Part shown: positions 18,690 to 28,587 of the stretch, piece by piece
How positions within the stretch are numbered: the stretch's first letter is position 1
How the letters are laid out: each line of letters starts with the position of its first letter
Assembly (NCBI GenBank): GCA_015232855.1
Contig: JADFYW010000008.1
Span: forward strand, 761-64,760
Direction: 5' to 3'
DNA: 64,000 bases
DNA from: Fibrobacteria bacterium
GTDB lineage: Bacteria > Fibrobacterota > Fibrobacteria > UBA11236 > JADFYW01
The notes under the pieces: model-generated
What the model was told of the DNA's origin: nothing
The model's database searches: none
Seen by the model: only the letters and a program-made list of their open reading frames with translations
Made by a program: the position numbers and the translations under genes

Positions 18690-20327
18690 ATGAATGAAGT
18701 AAATCAAACCTGTGAGACACAACTTACAGATACCAGAGATGATTCTGGATTAGCAAATACGTTAATACATAGGATTTCTGAACTGGCACCCTGCGGGGAG
18801 GACCCCAAGTATACACCGGAATTTGAATCTATAAAAGCTGAAATTGAAAAATCAACCGGTGCTGATTACAATATAATCCGTGATAATGCAGATTCAATTC
18901 TGACAAACAATGCAAAGGATATCCGTGTATTCAACTTTTATTTATTGGCCTCTGTTAAGACAGAAGGGTTTTCTCGATTTGCCGATATATTAGGCGCTTT
19001 TCATTTTTTTCTTGAGCAACATTTTGATATTATTCACCCACAACGTCCCGTTGCTCGTATCAATGCTTTTAAATGGTTGAACCAGGAAAAGGTAATAGCT
19101 CTTTTATCTCAAGGGTCGGTTTCTCGTGAACATCATGACGTTTTAAAAAAAGGGCTTGATTCACTTAACAAGATTAAAGAAATCATAAACAACAGATTTC
19201 CGGATTCTCCCCCTTCCATCAAAGGAGTATTAAAACTGGTGGAGGCCTGGGTTTCTGAATCACAACCTGAAGAAAAACCTCTAGCCACAGTGCAAGCAAC
19301 TCCTCCTTCCTCTCCTCCGCCCCCAGCTGCAGTCTCCACCGTGGTTTCTGCCATTCCAGGCGCGGGAGACCAATTAACCGGGGGAATTGAAGATAAAAGT
19401 GCAGCCAAAATTCTCTTGCAAAAGACAGCTCAGTTTTATCTGGAACAAGAAACCCATAATCCACTGAGTTACACCATTATGCGTGCGCTAAAGTGGCAGG
19501 AGATCGCCAAATCACCTGTGGTTGAAAATGGACGATTAAAAATACCAGGACCAAATACTCAGATGATTTCTTTTTATCCAAATCTGGTTGAAACAAAAAA
19601 TTGGATGGATATTGTAAAGAAGGGAGAGTCAGCTTTTACCCGTCCAGGTATGCATTTTTGGCTGGATTTGCAATTTTATATTTGCCTGGCTTTTAAAAAC
19701 CTTGGAGAAGAGTATTCTTTTTGTCAGTCAGTGATTGAACGGGAATTGTTGGCGCTAATCTTACGGGTACCTTCATTATTGGAAATTCAATTTCAAGATG
19801 GGACCCCACTCGCATCTTCACAAACTTTAAGCTGGATTGAGTCAATCCAGGCTGGCTCATCTTCAACAGGTGAGGAAAGTAGCAGTCCAAAGGAAACATC
19901 GGAATTTCTTGAAGGGAAATCTCAAGCCGTAACATTGGCAAATGAAGGAAAATATGCGGAAGCGATTCAATTAATCCAGAAAATCCCCCATTCTGGTGAA
20001 ATTAAGACCATTATGGAAAAGCAATTTATTCTTGCGGAGCTTTCTTATATGACCGGAGAAAACGACATTGCAGAATCTCTTATTGAAGATATCCAGAATA
20101 GCACAAAAAATTTATCAGTTGGAGTTTGGGATTCTGCCTTTTATAAACCGGTTTTAAACCTTAGTATTAAGGTTTGCAAGTCACTATTAGATAAACTTGA
20201 TGCAAAAAACAGTGCACCGGAAAGGCGTCAGGAGCTTATTTCAAAAATAAAAGAGAGCCATAAAAAGTTAAGTTGCTTAGATCCCGTTTTTGCGAAAACA
20301 TCAATTAATTTAAACATGGTAAAATAA
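18690..20327 (+). CDS. tssA: Type VI secretion protein TssA (ImpA_N + VasJ-like)
   Basis: GEDPKYTPEFESIKAEI, KDIRV, HPQRP..R.NA..W, Pro-rich linker, FWLDLQ, FQDGTPLAS; directly upstream of tssBC. Confidence 0.85.
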   Translation: MNEVNQTCETQLTDTRDDSGLANTLIHRISELAPCGEDPKYTPEFESIKAEIEKSTGADYNIIRDNADSILTNNAKDIRVFNFYLLASVKTEGFSRFADILGAFHFFLEQHFDIIHPQRPVARINAFKWLNQEKVIALLSQGSVSREHHDVLKKGLDSLNKIKEIINNRFPDSPPSIKGVLKLVEAWVSESQPEEKPLATVQATPPSSPPPPAAVSTVVSAIPGAGDQLTGGIEDKSAAKILLQKTAQFYLEQETHNPLSYTIMRALKWQEIAKSPVVENGRLKIPGPNTQMISFYPNLVETKNWMDIVKKGESAFTRPGMHFWLDLQFYICLAFKNLGEEYSFCQSVIERELLALILRVPSLLEIQFQDGTPLASSQTLSWIESIQAGSSSTGEESSSPKETSEFLEGKSQAVTLANEGKYAEAIQLIQKIPHSGEIKTIMEKQFILAELSYMTGENDIAESLIEDIQNSTKNLSVGVWDSAFYKPVLNLSIKVCKSLLDKLDAKNSAPERRQELISKIKESHKKLSCLDPVFAKTSINLNMVK

Positions 20328-20379
20328 TAATTACCTTTTTGCCAGATAATCATAGAACCATTTAATAAGAGGAAAATTT

Positions 20380-20889
20380 ATGTCCAGCAGTTATCAGTCC
20401 GAAATTCCCCCTGCACGGGTAAATATTCAACTGAGTGTTGATAAAGGTGGCGCTCAAAAAAAGATTGAACTTCCGATGAAAAACCTTGTAATGGGAGATT
20501 TTACCTTAAAACAGGAAAAGGCAAGAGTTTCAGAAAGAGAAAAAATCAATATTAATGCCAGTAACTTTGATAAAGTTATGGAATCGATGGACCTGAGTCT
20601 TGATACAAATGTGACTAATAAACTTAATGACCAGGCCGGAGACATAAAAGTAAACCTTAAATTTAAAGATATGAAATCTTTTAAGCCCGTTGAAATTGCT
20701 AAGCAAATTCCCGCTCTTACTAATCTCATGGCAGCAAGAAATCTTATTAAAGATCTTGGTTCTAACCTTCTTGATAATCGGGAATTCCGTAAACGAATGG
20801 AAGCTATTCTGAAAGATAAATCAGCTATGGAAAGCTTAAAAGAAGAACTGGAAAAGGTTGCTCCGCTTATGGAAGACGCTTCCGCCTAA
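20380..20889 (+). CDS. tssB: T6SS contractile sheath small subunit
   Basis: YQSEIPPARVNI, KKIELP..LVMGDF, F..MKSF.P..IA.QIP. Confidence 0.93.
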   Translation: MSSSYQSEIPPARVNIQLSVDKGGAQKKIELPMKNLVMGDFTLKQEKARVSEREKININASNFDKVMESMDLSLDTNVTNKLNDQAGDIKVNLKFKDMKSFKPVEIAKQIPALTNLMAARNLIKDLGSNLLDNREFRKRMEAILKDKSAMESLKEELEKVAPLMEDASA

Positions 20890-20932
20890 TACTGAAATTA
20901 ATTTAAGGATTTATATAAAAGAGGAAAACACA

Positions 20933-22417
20933 ATGTCAGAAGCAAAAGGATTACAATATATTTACGAGACCATGGAGCTTGAAATTCCACAAGGAGAAGT
21001 GGATATTTCACAATATAAAGATGTTGATGCTCTTTCTGAGCACAGTGCTAATGAGAGAATGGGTGCTGCCCTTAGGGTGTTTGTTCAATCGGTTTTAGAC
21101 TCATCAGTTTCCATTGATAAAATTGATAAAGCAGCAATAGACGCTCAAATAGCTTTGATTGATGAAAAAATTTCGCAACAGCTGGATGAAATTATTCATA
21201 ATGCAGAGTTCCAAAAACTGGAAAGCGCATGGCGGGGATTGAAATTTCTTGTTGATCGTACCGACTTTAGAAAAAACGCTAAAATTGAAATGCTCAATGT
21301 ATCTAAAGAAGATTTGTTGGAAGATTTTGAAGACTCCCCTGAAACAATTCAATCAGCTTTATATAAGCATGTATACATGAGTGAATATGATACTCCAGGT
21401 GGCGAACCGCTAACTGCTCTTGTTGCTAATTATGAATTTGATTCATCTGCACAGGACATCAGTTTGCTACAGGATATTTCAAAGGTAGCTGCGTCGGCTC
21501 ATTGCCCTTTTATAGGTGCAGTTGGCGCTAAATTTTTTGCAAAAGAAGATGTCAGGGACTTGCCACAGATTGAAGACCTTGAAAATTATATGGACCGGGC
21601 AGAATACTTAAAATGGAAAGGGTTCCGTGAAACTGAAGACGCCCGTTATGTAGGGCTTACCCTTCCCCGGTTTTTGTTACGTTCACCTTATGGGGATGAT
21701 AACAAAGTGAAAGAATTTAACTATGTCGAACAAGTGACAGGCGAAGATCATGCGAAATACTTGTGGGGTAATGCTGCGTTTTCGTTTGCAGCTAATATGA
21801 CACGTTCTTTTCAGGATAATGGTTGGTGTGTGCAAATAAGAGGCCCGGAAGCCGGGGGTAAGGTTGAAGATTTACCCATTCATGTATTTGATGTGGGCCG
21901 TGGAAATCAAACAAAAATTCCTACAGAAATTCTTATACCCGAGACCAGGGAATTTGAATTTTCTAATCAGGGCTTCATTCCTCTCAGTTATTATAAAAAC
22001 AGCAATTACGCCTGTTTCTTTTCTGCGAATTCTACTCAGAAGCCACAAGAATACAGTGATCCCGCTGTTACCGCAAATATGCGCATAAATTCACGCCTCC
22101 CTTATATTTTCCTGACATCACGTCTGGCGCATTATCTTAAAGTTTTGCAAAGAGAAAATATTGGCGCAACAAAAAGTGCCAGTCATTTGGAGGCGGAACT
22201 TAATAAATGGATCAAAGGGCTGGTCACAGAAATGAAAGATCCGGATCCAGAACTTGCAGCAACACATCCTTTGAGTGCAGCTGAAGTGGTGGTATCTGAA
22301 AACGAAGATAACCCCGGATTCTTCAGAGTTGCCATGTCGGTAACACCTCATTTCCAGGTTGAAGGGATTGATGTTAATCTCTCTCTTGTTTCACAAATGC
22401 CAAAATCAAAAGAGTAA
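20933..22417 (+). CDS. tssC: T6SS contractile sheath large subunit
   Basis: FQKLESAWRGL, EYDTPGGEP, AHCPF, YLWGNAAF, IRGPEAGG, RLPYIF, PHFQVEG; GAGG RBS before ATG 20933. Confidence 0.95.
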   Translation: MSEAKGLQYIYETMELEIPQGEVDISQYKDVDALSEHSANERMGAALRVFVQSVLDSSVSIDKIDKAAIDAQIALIDEKISQQLDEIIHNAEFQKLESAWRGLKFLVDRTDFRKNAKIEMLNVSKEDLLEDFEDSPETIQSALYKHVYMSEYDTPGGEPLTALVANYEFDSSAQDISLLQDISKVAASAHCPFIGAVGAKFFAKEDVRDLPQIEDLENYMDRAEYLKWKGFRETEDARYVGLTLPRFLLRSPYGDDNKVKEFNYVEQVTGEDHAKYLWGNAAFSFAANMTRSFQDNGWCVQIRGPEAGGKVEDLPIHVFDVGRGNQTKIPTEILIPETREFEFSNQGFIPLSYYKNSNYACFFSANSTQKPQEYSDPAVTANMRINSRLPYIFLTSRLAHYLKVLQRENIGATKSASHLEAELNKWIKGLVTEMKDPDPELAATHPLSAAEVVVSENEDNPGFFRVAMSVTPHFQVEGIDVNLSLVSQMPKSKE

Positions 22418-22454
22418 GTAACAAACGTATAATTTATTTTAAGGAGAAACTAAC

Positions 22455-22922
22455 ATGGCAATACCTGCATATATGTTTATTGATGGCATCCCCGGTTCTG
22501 TTCAAGTTGCCGGTCGGGAAAGCAGCATAGAAATTTTAGAATTTGATCATAGCGTTTATATGCCTATTGATAGAGACGATGGTACTATTAGTGGTACACG
22601 TAAGCATGGCGCTATTACCATCCATAAAGCTTATGACAAATCTTCTGCTGAGCTTTATAAAAAGGTTTGTAAAGGTGAAACTATTCCTAAAATAGAGATC
22701 AAATGGTTTGAGATTACCTCAGCCGGCGAAGAAGAAGAATATTTCTTTCATGTTTTAGAGAATTGCAAAATTTCTTCAGTTCGTTCTTATATGCATAATA
22801 TCAAGGATATTACTAAAGAGAATTTTGTTCATCAGGAAGAAGTATCTATTCGTTATGAAAAGATTACCTGGCGCTTCAAAGAAGGTAATATCCAGCATAC
22901 GGACCTTTGGAATATCAGATAA
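22455..22922 (+). CDS. hcp: T6SS inner tube protein Hcp (TssD)
   Basis: MAIPAYM, GSV, GTRKH, K..DKSS..LY, E.VSIRYEKITW; AAGGAG RBS. Confidence 0.93.
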   Translation: MAIPAYMFIDGIPGSVQVAGRESSIEILEFDHSVYMPIDRDDGTISGTRKHGAITIHKAYDKSSAELYKKVCKGETIPKIEIKWFEITSAGEEEEYFFHVLENCKISSVRSYMHNIKDITKENFVHQEEVSIRYEKITWRFKEGNIQHTDLWNIR

Positions 22923-22990
22923 TTAGTTCTTGTTCAGAACTAACTCTTTTCACCGCAAAGGCGCAAAGGACGCAGAGAATCCGCAAAGAG
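22923..22990 (+). repeat. Partial copy of the CGCAAAG REP-like element between hcp and tssE
   Basis: ttagttcttgttcagaactaactcttttcaccgcaaaggcgcaaaggacgcagag resembles 8188-8250. Confidence 0.7.
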
Positions 22991-23028
22991 TAATAATAAA
23001 CACACATGATGTAACACAAGGTGCGGTG

Positions 23029-23445
23029 ATGCGAACAAGCCTCTTTGAACGATTAATTAATAAAGAAGTGGTCAGCTCTCCTTCGGGAGAGCTGATTGAA
23101 CCAGCCGATATGGCACGCTCTATTGCTGAGCACCTGACTCGTTTGTTTAATACCCGGCAGGGAACCTTGCCTCATCTTCCGGTGTATGGCCTGCCTGATA
23201 CGGCCCATATGGTGCGGAGTATGCCAGGGAGTTATCGTTCTTTTCAGGAGAGTGTTGAACAAAGTGTTTCTCAATTTGAGCCCCGAATTAATCGGTTCTC
23301 AATTGTCTCTCTGCCATTTCGTCCCCATGATTCCAAAATATGTTTAGAGATACATGCTCAGGTGTTGGGGGAAGTGGCTATACGCCTAGCCGTAAGTTGT
23401 GAACATACAGGTGAAGTATCGGTTAAAAGATTAACAGCCAACTAG
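23029..23445 (+). CDS. tssE: T6SS baseplate subunit TssE (gp25-like)
   Basis: SLFERL, SIAEHLTRLFNTRQG, YGLPD, FEPRI. Confidence 0.88.
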   Translation: MRTSLFERLINKEVVSSPSGELIEPADMARSIAEHLTRLFNTRQGTLPHLPVYGLPDTAHMVRSMPGSYRSFQESVEQSVSQFEPRINRFSIVSLPFRPHDSKICLEIHAQVLGEVAIRLAVSCEHTGEVSVKRLTAN

Positions 23446-23515
23446 CACAATGTTAGTTCGCCTTCAGGAATAATAAAACTCACTGCAAAGAATTCGCATA
23501 GAAGAAGGGAATATT

Positions 23516-24238
23516 ATGCAGAAACGTACCTTTTTAGTGACTGGTGCCAGTAAAGGTATCGGCAATGCCACAGCAAAAATCCTCGGTGCCCAGGGCCACA
23601 CCGTTATTGGGCTTGCCCGCACCGCTCCCACTGAACCTTTAAGCGGAGAGTTCGTGGCTGTTGATTTACTTGATAGAAAGCTTTTAAAAGAGGTGCTTGC
23701 TGATATGAGTTCAAAGTACAAGCTCGATGGTATATTTAATAATGTGGGACTGGTTAATCCTGAACCGGCTGAAGAGATTACAGAGGAACATTTAAACAAC
23801 TGTTATCATGTGAATGTAAGTGTGGCCCTTCAATGTGTACAGGCGGCTCTCCCCAATATGAAAGAACAAAAATGGGGACGTATAGTAAATACCGGCAGTC
23901 TTACGGTAGTTGGGGTTCCCTTCCGGGGGAGTTATGCTGCCGCGAAGACGGCATTGGTGAGCCTTGCCCGCACCTGGGCGCTGGAATTTGCACAGTATAA
24001 TATCACGGCCAATACTATTTCTCCCGGCCCCATTGAAACAGAGCTTTTTAATACTAATAATCCTCCGGGCTCTGAAAGCAGACAACGTTATATAGATGGC
24101 ATTCCTCTAAGGCGAACGGGGACGCCGGAAGAAGTAGGAGAGGCGGTTTCTTTTTTGATGTCAGACAAAGGGGCGTTTATAACCGGGCAAAATATTTTTG
24201 TAGATGGTGGATCGAGTATTGGAAAATCATTGATTTAA
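23516..24238 (+). CDS. Short-chain dehydrogenase/reductase
   Basis: TGASKGIG, NNVG, YAAAK, PGPIET, VDGG. Confidence 0.92.
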   Translation: MQKRTFLVTGASKGIGNATAKILGAQGHTVIGLARTAPTEPLSGEFVAVDLLDRKLLKEVLADMSSKYKLDGIFNNVGLVNPEPAEEITEEHLNNCYHVNVSVALQCVQAALPNMKEQKWGRIVNTGSLTVVGVPFRGSYAAAKTALVSLARTWALEFAQYNITANTISPGPIETELFNTNNPPGSESRQRYIDGIPLRRTGTPEEVGEAVSFLMSDKGAFITGQNIFVDGGSSIGKSLI

Positions 24239-24329
24239 TTTGGACTGTTTGCTGGTAGGCTTATCAAGAAGTGAAGTAAAAAGAGGAGACAAGAGGAACA
24301 AGGGATTTTCCCTGCTCACGTCGAGACTA

Positions 24330-24542
24330 AAATGGATATGATGAAACAAATGAAGCCAAAAAGTGAACATTGGGACAAAATGTTCCTGGGAACCGATGAC
24401 CCATTTACTATTGCTTTGCAGGCAAGGGTTTGTTATGTTGATTAAAATGTACAAAGTGAATAAAATTGAAGAGCCCGATGCGGTTGTTTAGTATGTTGGG
24501 TTCAACAGCGGGTCAGACAGGCAACTGGCGTTCTACGCTGAC
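24330..24542 (+). mobile_element. Degenerate group II intron 3' remnant (domains V-VI, decayed maturase tail)
   Basis: DV-like hairpin gAGCccgatgcgg...gtatgttgggttc (24471-24503), then DVI-like ggcaactggcgttctacgctgac; 5' boundary approximate. Confidence 0.6.
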
Positions 24543-24562
24543 ACCCACAAAATCAAGAGGGT

Positions 24563-25525
24563 ATGCCAATGGGTAAAATAAAGCGAGTTCTTTTTATTGG
24601 AAGTAAGCATTTAGGGCTTGAAGCGCTTAAGAAGATGTATTCGCTTTCACCTGATAGCTTGATCGGCATTTTAACCATTGATGATTCCAATGATACCCGA
24701 AGCGTACTTAATGATTTTCAACATTTTTCTAATCAAAATGCACTTATTTTGCATGCTGCAAAGAATAGAAAGGAATCTGAAAAGATACTACTTGAATCGA
24801 AACCTGATTTATGCATTGTCGTTGGATGGTATTGGTTGATCGGAAAGGAGGCCTTAGACTCTGTACCGTATGGCCTTATTGGAGTACATAACTCATTGCT
24901 TCCTAAATATCGTGGAGGCGCACCGTTAATTTGGCCCATCATAAATAATGAAAAGAAAGTTGGAATTTCTTTTTTTTCCATCACTCAAAGAATGGATGAA
25001 GGAAATATTTGGGCACAGGGAAGTGTAAGTGTAGGCGAACAAGATTATATTTCAGATATTCTCAAGAAACTTGATGAGAAAATCATTCAAGTATTGCAAG
25101 ATAATTACCTGCAAATATTAGACAGCAAAATTACGCCAGTGGAACAAGAACATGAATTAGCAACTTACTGTGCACAAAGATTCCCAGGTGATGGTAATAT
25201 TAACTGGAATAAATCAGCCAGAGATATTTACAACTTCATTCGTGCACAATCGACCCCTTACCCAGGTGCCTTTACCTATTTTGGTTCTCAAGAATTAAAA
25301 ATTTGGAGAGCTAGGATTTTTGATAAAACATACTATGGAACACCAGGACAAGTAGCAAGAATTTCCAGCGATGGTGTATATGTTATTTGCGGTGACCATA
25401 AGGCGATAATATTAGAAGAAGTTGAATTAGGTGGAAAAAGAGGTAATGCTGTTGAATTTATTAAATCTATTAAAGGTAGGATGTGTAGCATCATTGCCGC
25501 CAGTATTACTGATAAGAAAATTTAG
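24563..25525 (+). CDS. Formyltransferase (Fmt/ArnA-N fold; probably not the housekeeping Fmt)
   Basis: HNSLLPKYRGGAP, MDEGNI, INW, IRAQSTPYPGAF. Confidence 0.82.
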   Translation: MPMGKIKRVLFIGSKHLGLEALKKMYSLSPDSLIGILTIDDSNDTRSVLNDFQHFSNQNALILHAAKNRKESEKILLESKPDLCIVVGWYWLIGKEALDSVPYGLIGVHNSLLPKYRGGAPLIWPIINNEKKVGISFFSITQRMDEGNIWAQGSVSVGEQDYISDILKKLDEKIIQVLQDNYLQILDSKITPVEQEHELATYCAQRFPGDGNINWNKSARDIYNFIRAQSTPYPGAFTYFGSQELKIWRARIFDKTYYGTPGQVARISSDGVYVICGDHKAIILEEVELGGKRGNAVEFIKSIKGRMCSIIAASITDKKI

Positions 25526-25739
25526 AACGGTTCCTGCCGGTGCCGGTGAGGTGAATTTTGGATTCCGATGTATCCGTCCGCTGTAAAAGATAGCGGAAAA
25601 ATAAGCTCTAGCGGATTTTACCAGGCTCAGTAGCTGAACTTTGCGTAGTAATCCAATGACCAGACCAAGTCGCAGATTACTTACGAAAGAATGGGTACCG
25701 CAGAACAATTTTAATTCAAAATAAGAAGTAATAAATTTA

Positions 25740-25964
25740 ATGATAGATGGTAATCAATTTTCAGAAGAGAGTTTTTTAAAACTGGCAAGTTACCGAATGC
25801 CTTTTGGTAAATATGCCAATAGGTTATTATTAGAGATCCCAGAAGAATATTTTATCTGGTTCTCTCACAAAGGGTTTCCTAAAGGTGAGTTAGGGCAATT
25901 TATGGCCATGATGTTAGAAATAAAAGCAAATGGCCTTGAATACTTATTTGATCCATTGAAATAG
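25740..25964 (+). CDS. DUF3820 family small protein
   Basis: MPFGKY, L.EIPEEY..WF..KGFPKGELG, EIKANGL. Confidence 0.85.
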   Translation: MIDGNQFSEESFLKLASYRMPFGKYANRLLLEIPEEYFIWFSHKGFPKGELGQFMAMMLEIKANGLEYLFDPLK

Positions 25965-25993
25965 AAAAAAACTCTTAACCCACCCCCAGGCTC

Positions 25994-26863
25994 CTATGAC
26001 TTAATTTTCACATTCAGGAGTTTGATAATATCTTTAGGGGCGCCGGCAGTAAATGCGCGGCCAATAGGCATAGGATTTTCCGGATTTATGGAAATGGTTA
26101 TCTTTTTAGGATCCTTCATAAAAGATTTTATTTCCAGCAAAGCATTTTTGATGAACTCATCTTCTTCTTTTTCGATTTGCTTTTCGATATTTTGAATACC
26201 CTCATCTTTTATTTGTGCCACCGTTTTCTTTTGGTTTTTGGCCATGAGTACCATAAGCCGTTCTATTAATGAATCATCGTTGAATCCTATTTTAGCGTTA
26301 TGAAGAATGAACTTTGGATAGGTGCCAAGAGCGTCTTTCATTTTTTCCGGACTCAGGTCTACGTTACCCAGTTTTAAGCTGATATCCAAATGCCCTGCAT
26401 TCTGGGCTCCCATTTTTAACTTCTCAATATTTATTTCTTTGGCTTTTTTATCGTAATGATACTTGGTAGCAAAATCAAAAGTGAGGTTTTCGTCATACCC
26501 CAGTTCTTTCATCCTTCCTGAATCTTTTCCCACCCTCTTCTCAGCATATTTTACACCTTTGCAGGAAATGTCCAAAAAAGAAGGGACTTTAGAATCTTTG
26601 TCTATATCAGAAATTATGATTTCTTTGATATTTACTTTCTCTTTTGTCTTGGCTGGCGTAACGACTACGTTGGAGAGGCGTACACTTTGGTTGAGGAGAT
26701 TAACATTTACACTTTCATACTCAACTTCCGCATGTTTAGCCAGACCGACTAACGCTTTGTCAATTTTTTCTCCGGCTAAACCTGAGGCGTACTTCTGGGC
26801 ACCAATATATCCACCAACCAAAATAGCTACCAGAGTTAACCCAATAATTGTCATCTTTTTCAT
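25994..26863 (-). CDS. Hypothetical membrane-anchored periplasmic protein
   Basis: 289-aa ORF with N-terminal TM; AGGAG RBS. Confidence 0.65.
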   Translation of the reverse strand: MKKMTIIGLTLVAILVGGYIGAQKYASGLAGEKIDKALVGLAKHAEVEYESVNVNLLNQSVRLSNVVVTPAKTKEKVNIKEIIISDIDKDSKVPSFLDISCKGVKYAEKRVGKDSGRMKELGYDENLTFDFATKYHYDKKAKEINIEKLKMGAQNAGHLDISLKLGNVDLSPEKMKDALGTYPKFILHNAKIGFNDDSLIERLMVLMAKNQKKTVAQIKDEGIQNIEKQIEKEEDEFIKNALLEIKSFMKDPKKITISINPENPMPIGRAFTAGAPKDIIKLLNVKIKS

Positions 26864-27245
26864 GTATATACTCCTTTTTGTAATGTTCGATTGTAAATGC
26901 TACAAATATCGATATTACTCATTGCTATTTTTAAATCCTATTGATAATCAAAGCTCAAAGATAGATATTAAAATCAACTTAACCAGTATGAAGCGAAATT
27001 TTAATTTATCATAACTCTGCATTCTGGAAAACCACAAAACCTGTTATTATCATTTATTACGCCATTTACGTCTTTTTTAAACCCTTTATTAATAAATAAC
27101 GTTTAAAATGTAGAAAATAATATTATTTTCAGGTTCTGGAAAATAAAATGATAAATTATTTTTGCAATGCATATTTCCGGGCCATAAAAATATTTAGGAT
27201 TCATAGATAAATAAACTCATAACGGCCTCTACAGGAGCGTAGAAA

Positions 27246-28520
27246 ATGAATACCAAAAAATTACAATTATTTATTTCAACTATCTATATACTATCTTCTT
27301 TTGCTTTTAATCAAGTATCCCCATGTGTAGATTATTCCTGTGATAGTCTGGTCGTTAGAACAATATTGGACAGCAGTTTAGAAAATGAAAAAGCGGTCAG
27401 CCAGGTTACAGACACTATAAATGGAAGAATCACTATGGTAAATATAGTGCATTCGGGGCTCACTTCTTTGCCTAAAGAAATTGGTAAGCTTACCGCTTTA
27501 AAAGAATTACTTCTAACTGATAATAAATTGACCAATCTGCCAAAAGAAATTAATGCCCTTACTTCATTGCAACGTTTACAACTTAAAGGTAATCAGTTTA
27601 AAAGCTTACCGAACGTAATATTTGAACTCGTTGAACTGGTAAATTTGAATCTCGATCAAAATCAACTTACGAGTTTACCACCTGATATTAGTAAGCTAAC
27701 ACAATTGGCCATATTCAACGTGAATGATAACCTGCTGATAAACATCCCTATAGAATTAGGCAACATGACTTTATTAAAAAGTTTGGGCATTAAAGGTAAC
27801 AAACTAACAAGCTTTCCTATTCAAATAACCAATCTCACGGAATTAAATGTATTGGCTCTTTCAGGAAATAATTTAAACACCATTCCTGCTTCAATTGGTA
27901 ACCTCACTAAACTGACGTCTTTGAGCTTCTGGGATTGTCAGCTTACAAGTATACCTGTTGAATTAAGCAGCCTTATACTATTAAATCTATTAAATTTAAA
28001 TGACAATCAATTGAACTCAATTCCAACTGAAATAGTTACAATGCCAAATTTATATAGTTTGGGTGTAAGAAATAACTTCCTCACAAGTTTACCACCTGAA
28101 ATAATAAAAAGAGAATTCTCCATATTAGTTGAAGGTAATCGTTTATGCAGTTTGCCAGATTCCATTGTTGCCTGGCTTGATAGTAATACCTTTGTGGATT
28201 CATCTACTACTTGGTTTGAAACCCAAAGACTGGATGGTTCAACTTATTGTGATGGTACTGGCAATGAATTACCCGTACTCAAGCCAAACGATGAGTTAAA
28301 CATCCTTAATACACCTTTCAAAAAACAAATTACCTTTATCTTTTCCACTCATAAAAAGCTCAGTCTCTTTATTTATAACACCCAAGGTAAACTTGTTAAT
28401 AAATCGGAGAATGTCGTTAATTCTGCAATATGGAATACCACTAATCAGAATTCTGGAGTGTATTACCTAAAGGCAATTAGAGACCAGAAGCAAATTAATC
28501 GAAAATTTGTTGTAAAGTAA
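27246..28520 (+). CDS. Secreted leucine-rich-repeat protein with T9SS-like C-terminal sorting domain
   Basis: About 10 LxxLxLxxNxLxxLP repeats; C-terminal IYNTQGKLV...SGVYYL...KFVVK. Confidence 0.85.
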   Translation: MNTKKLQLFISTIYILSSFAFNQVSPCVDYSCDSLVVRTILDSSLENEKAVSQVTDTINGRITMVNIVHSGLTSLPKEIGKLTALKELLLTDNKLTNLPKEINALTSLQRLQLKGNQFKSLPNVIFELVELVNLNLDQNQLTSLPPDISKLTQLAIFNVNDNLLINIPIELGNMTLLKSLGIKGNKLTSFPIQITNLTELNVLALSGNNLNTIPASIGNLTKLTSLSFWDCQLTSIPVELSSLILLNLLNLNDNQLNSIPTEIVTMPNLYSLGVRNNFLTSLPPEIIKREFSILVEGNRLCSLPDSIVAWLDSNTFVDSSTTWFETQRLDGSTYCDGTGNELPVLKPNDELNILNTPFKKQITFIFSTHKKLSLFIYNTQGKLVNKSENVVNSAIWNTTNQNSGVYYLKAIRDQKQINRKFVVK

Positions 28521-28587
28521 AGATATCAAGATTGATTCAGAATAATGTTTAAAAAAACAGTATAGACCATAATATGTTAAGAGATAA

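Noticed and set aside
20858-20932. TTG-start extension of TssC
   Set aside because: Overlaps tssB; the RBS supports ATG 20933.
22930-23028. N-terminal extension of TssE (HRKGAKDAE)
   Set aside because: Translation of the REP-like repeat; TssE similarity begins at ATG 23029.
24563-25525. Housekeeping fmt
   Set aside because: Lacks the FMGTP/QPD N-terminal motifs and def context; left as a generic formyltransferase.
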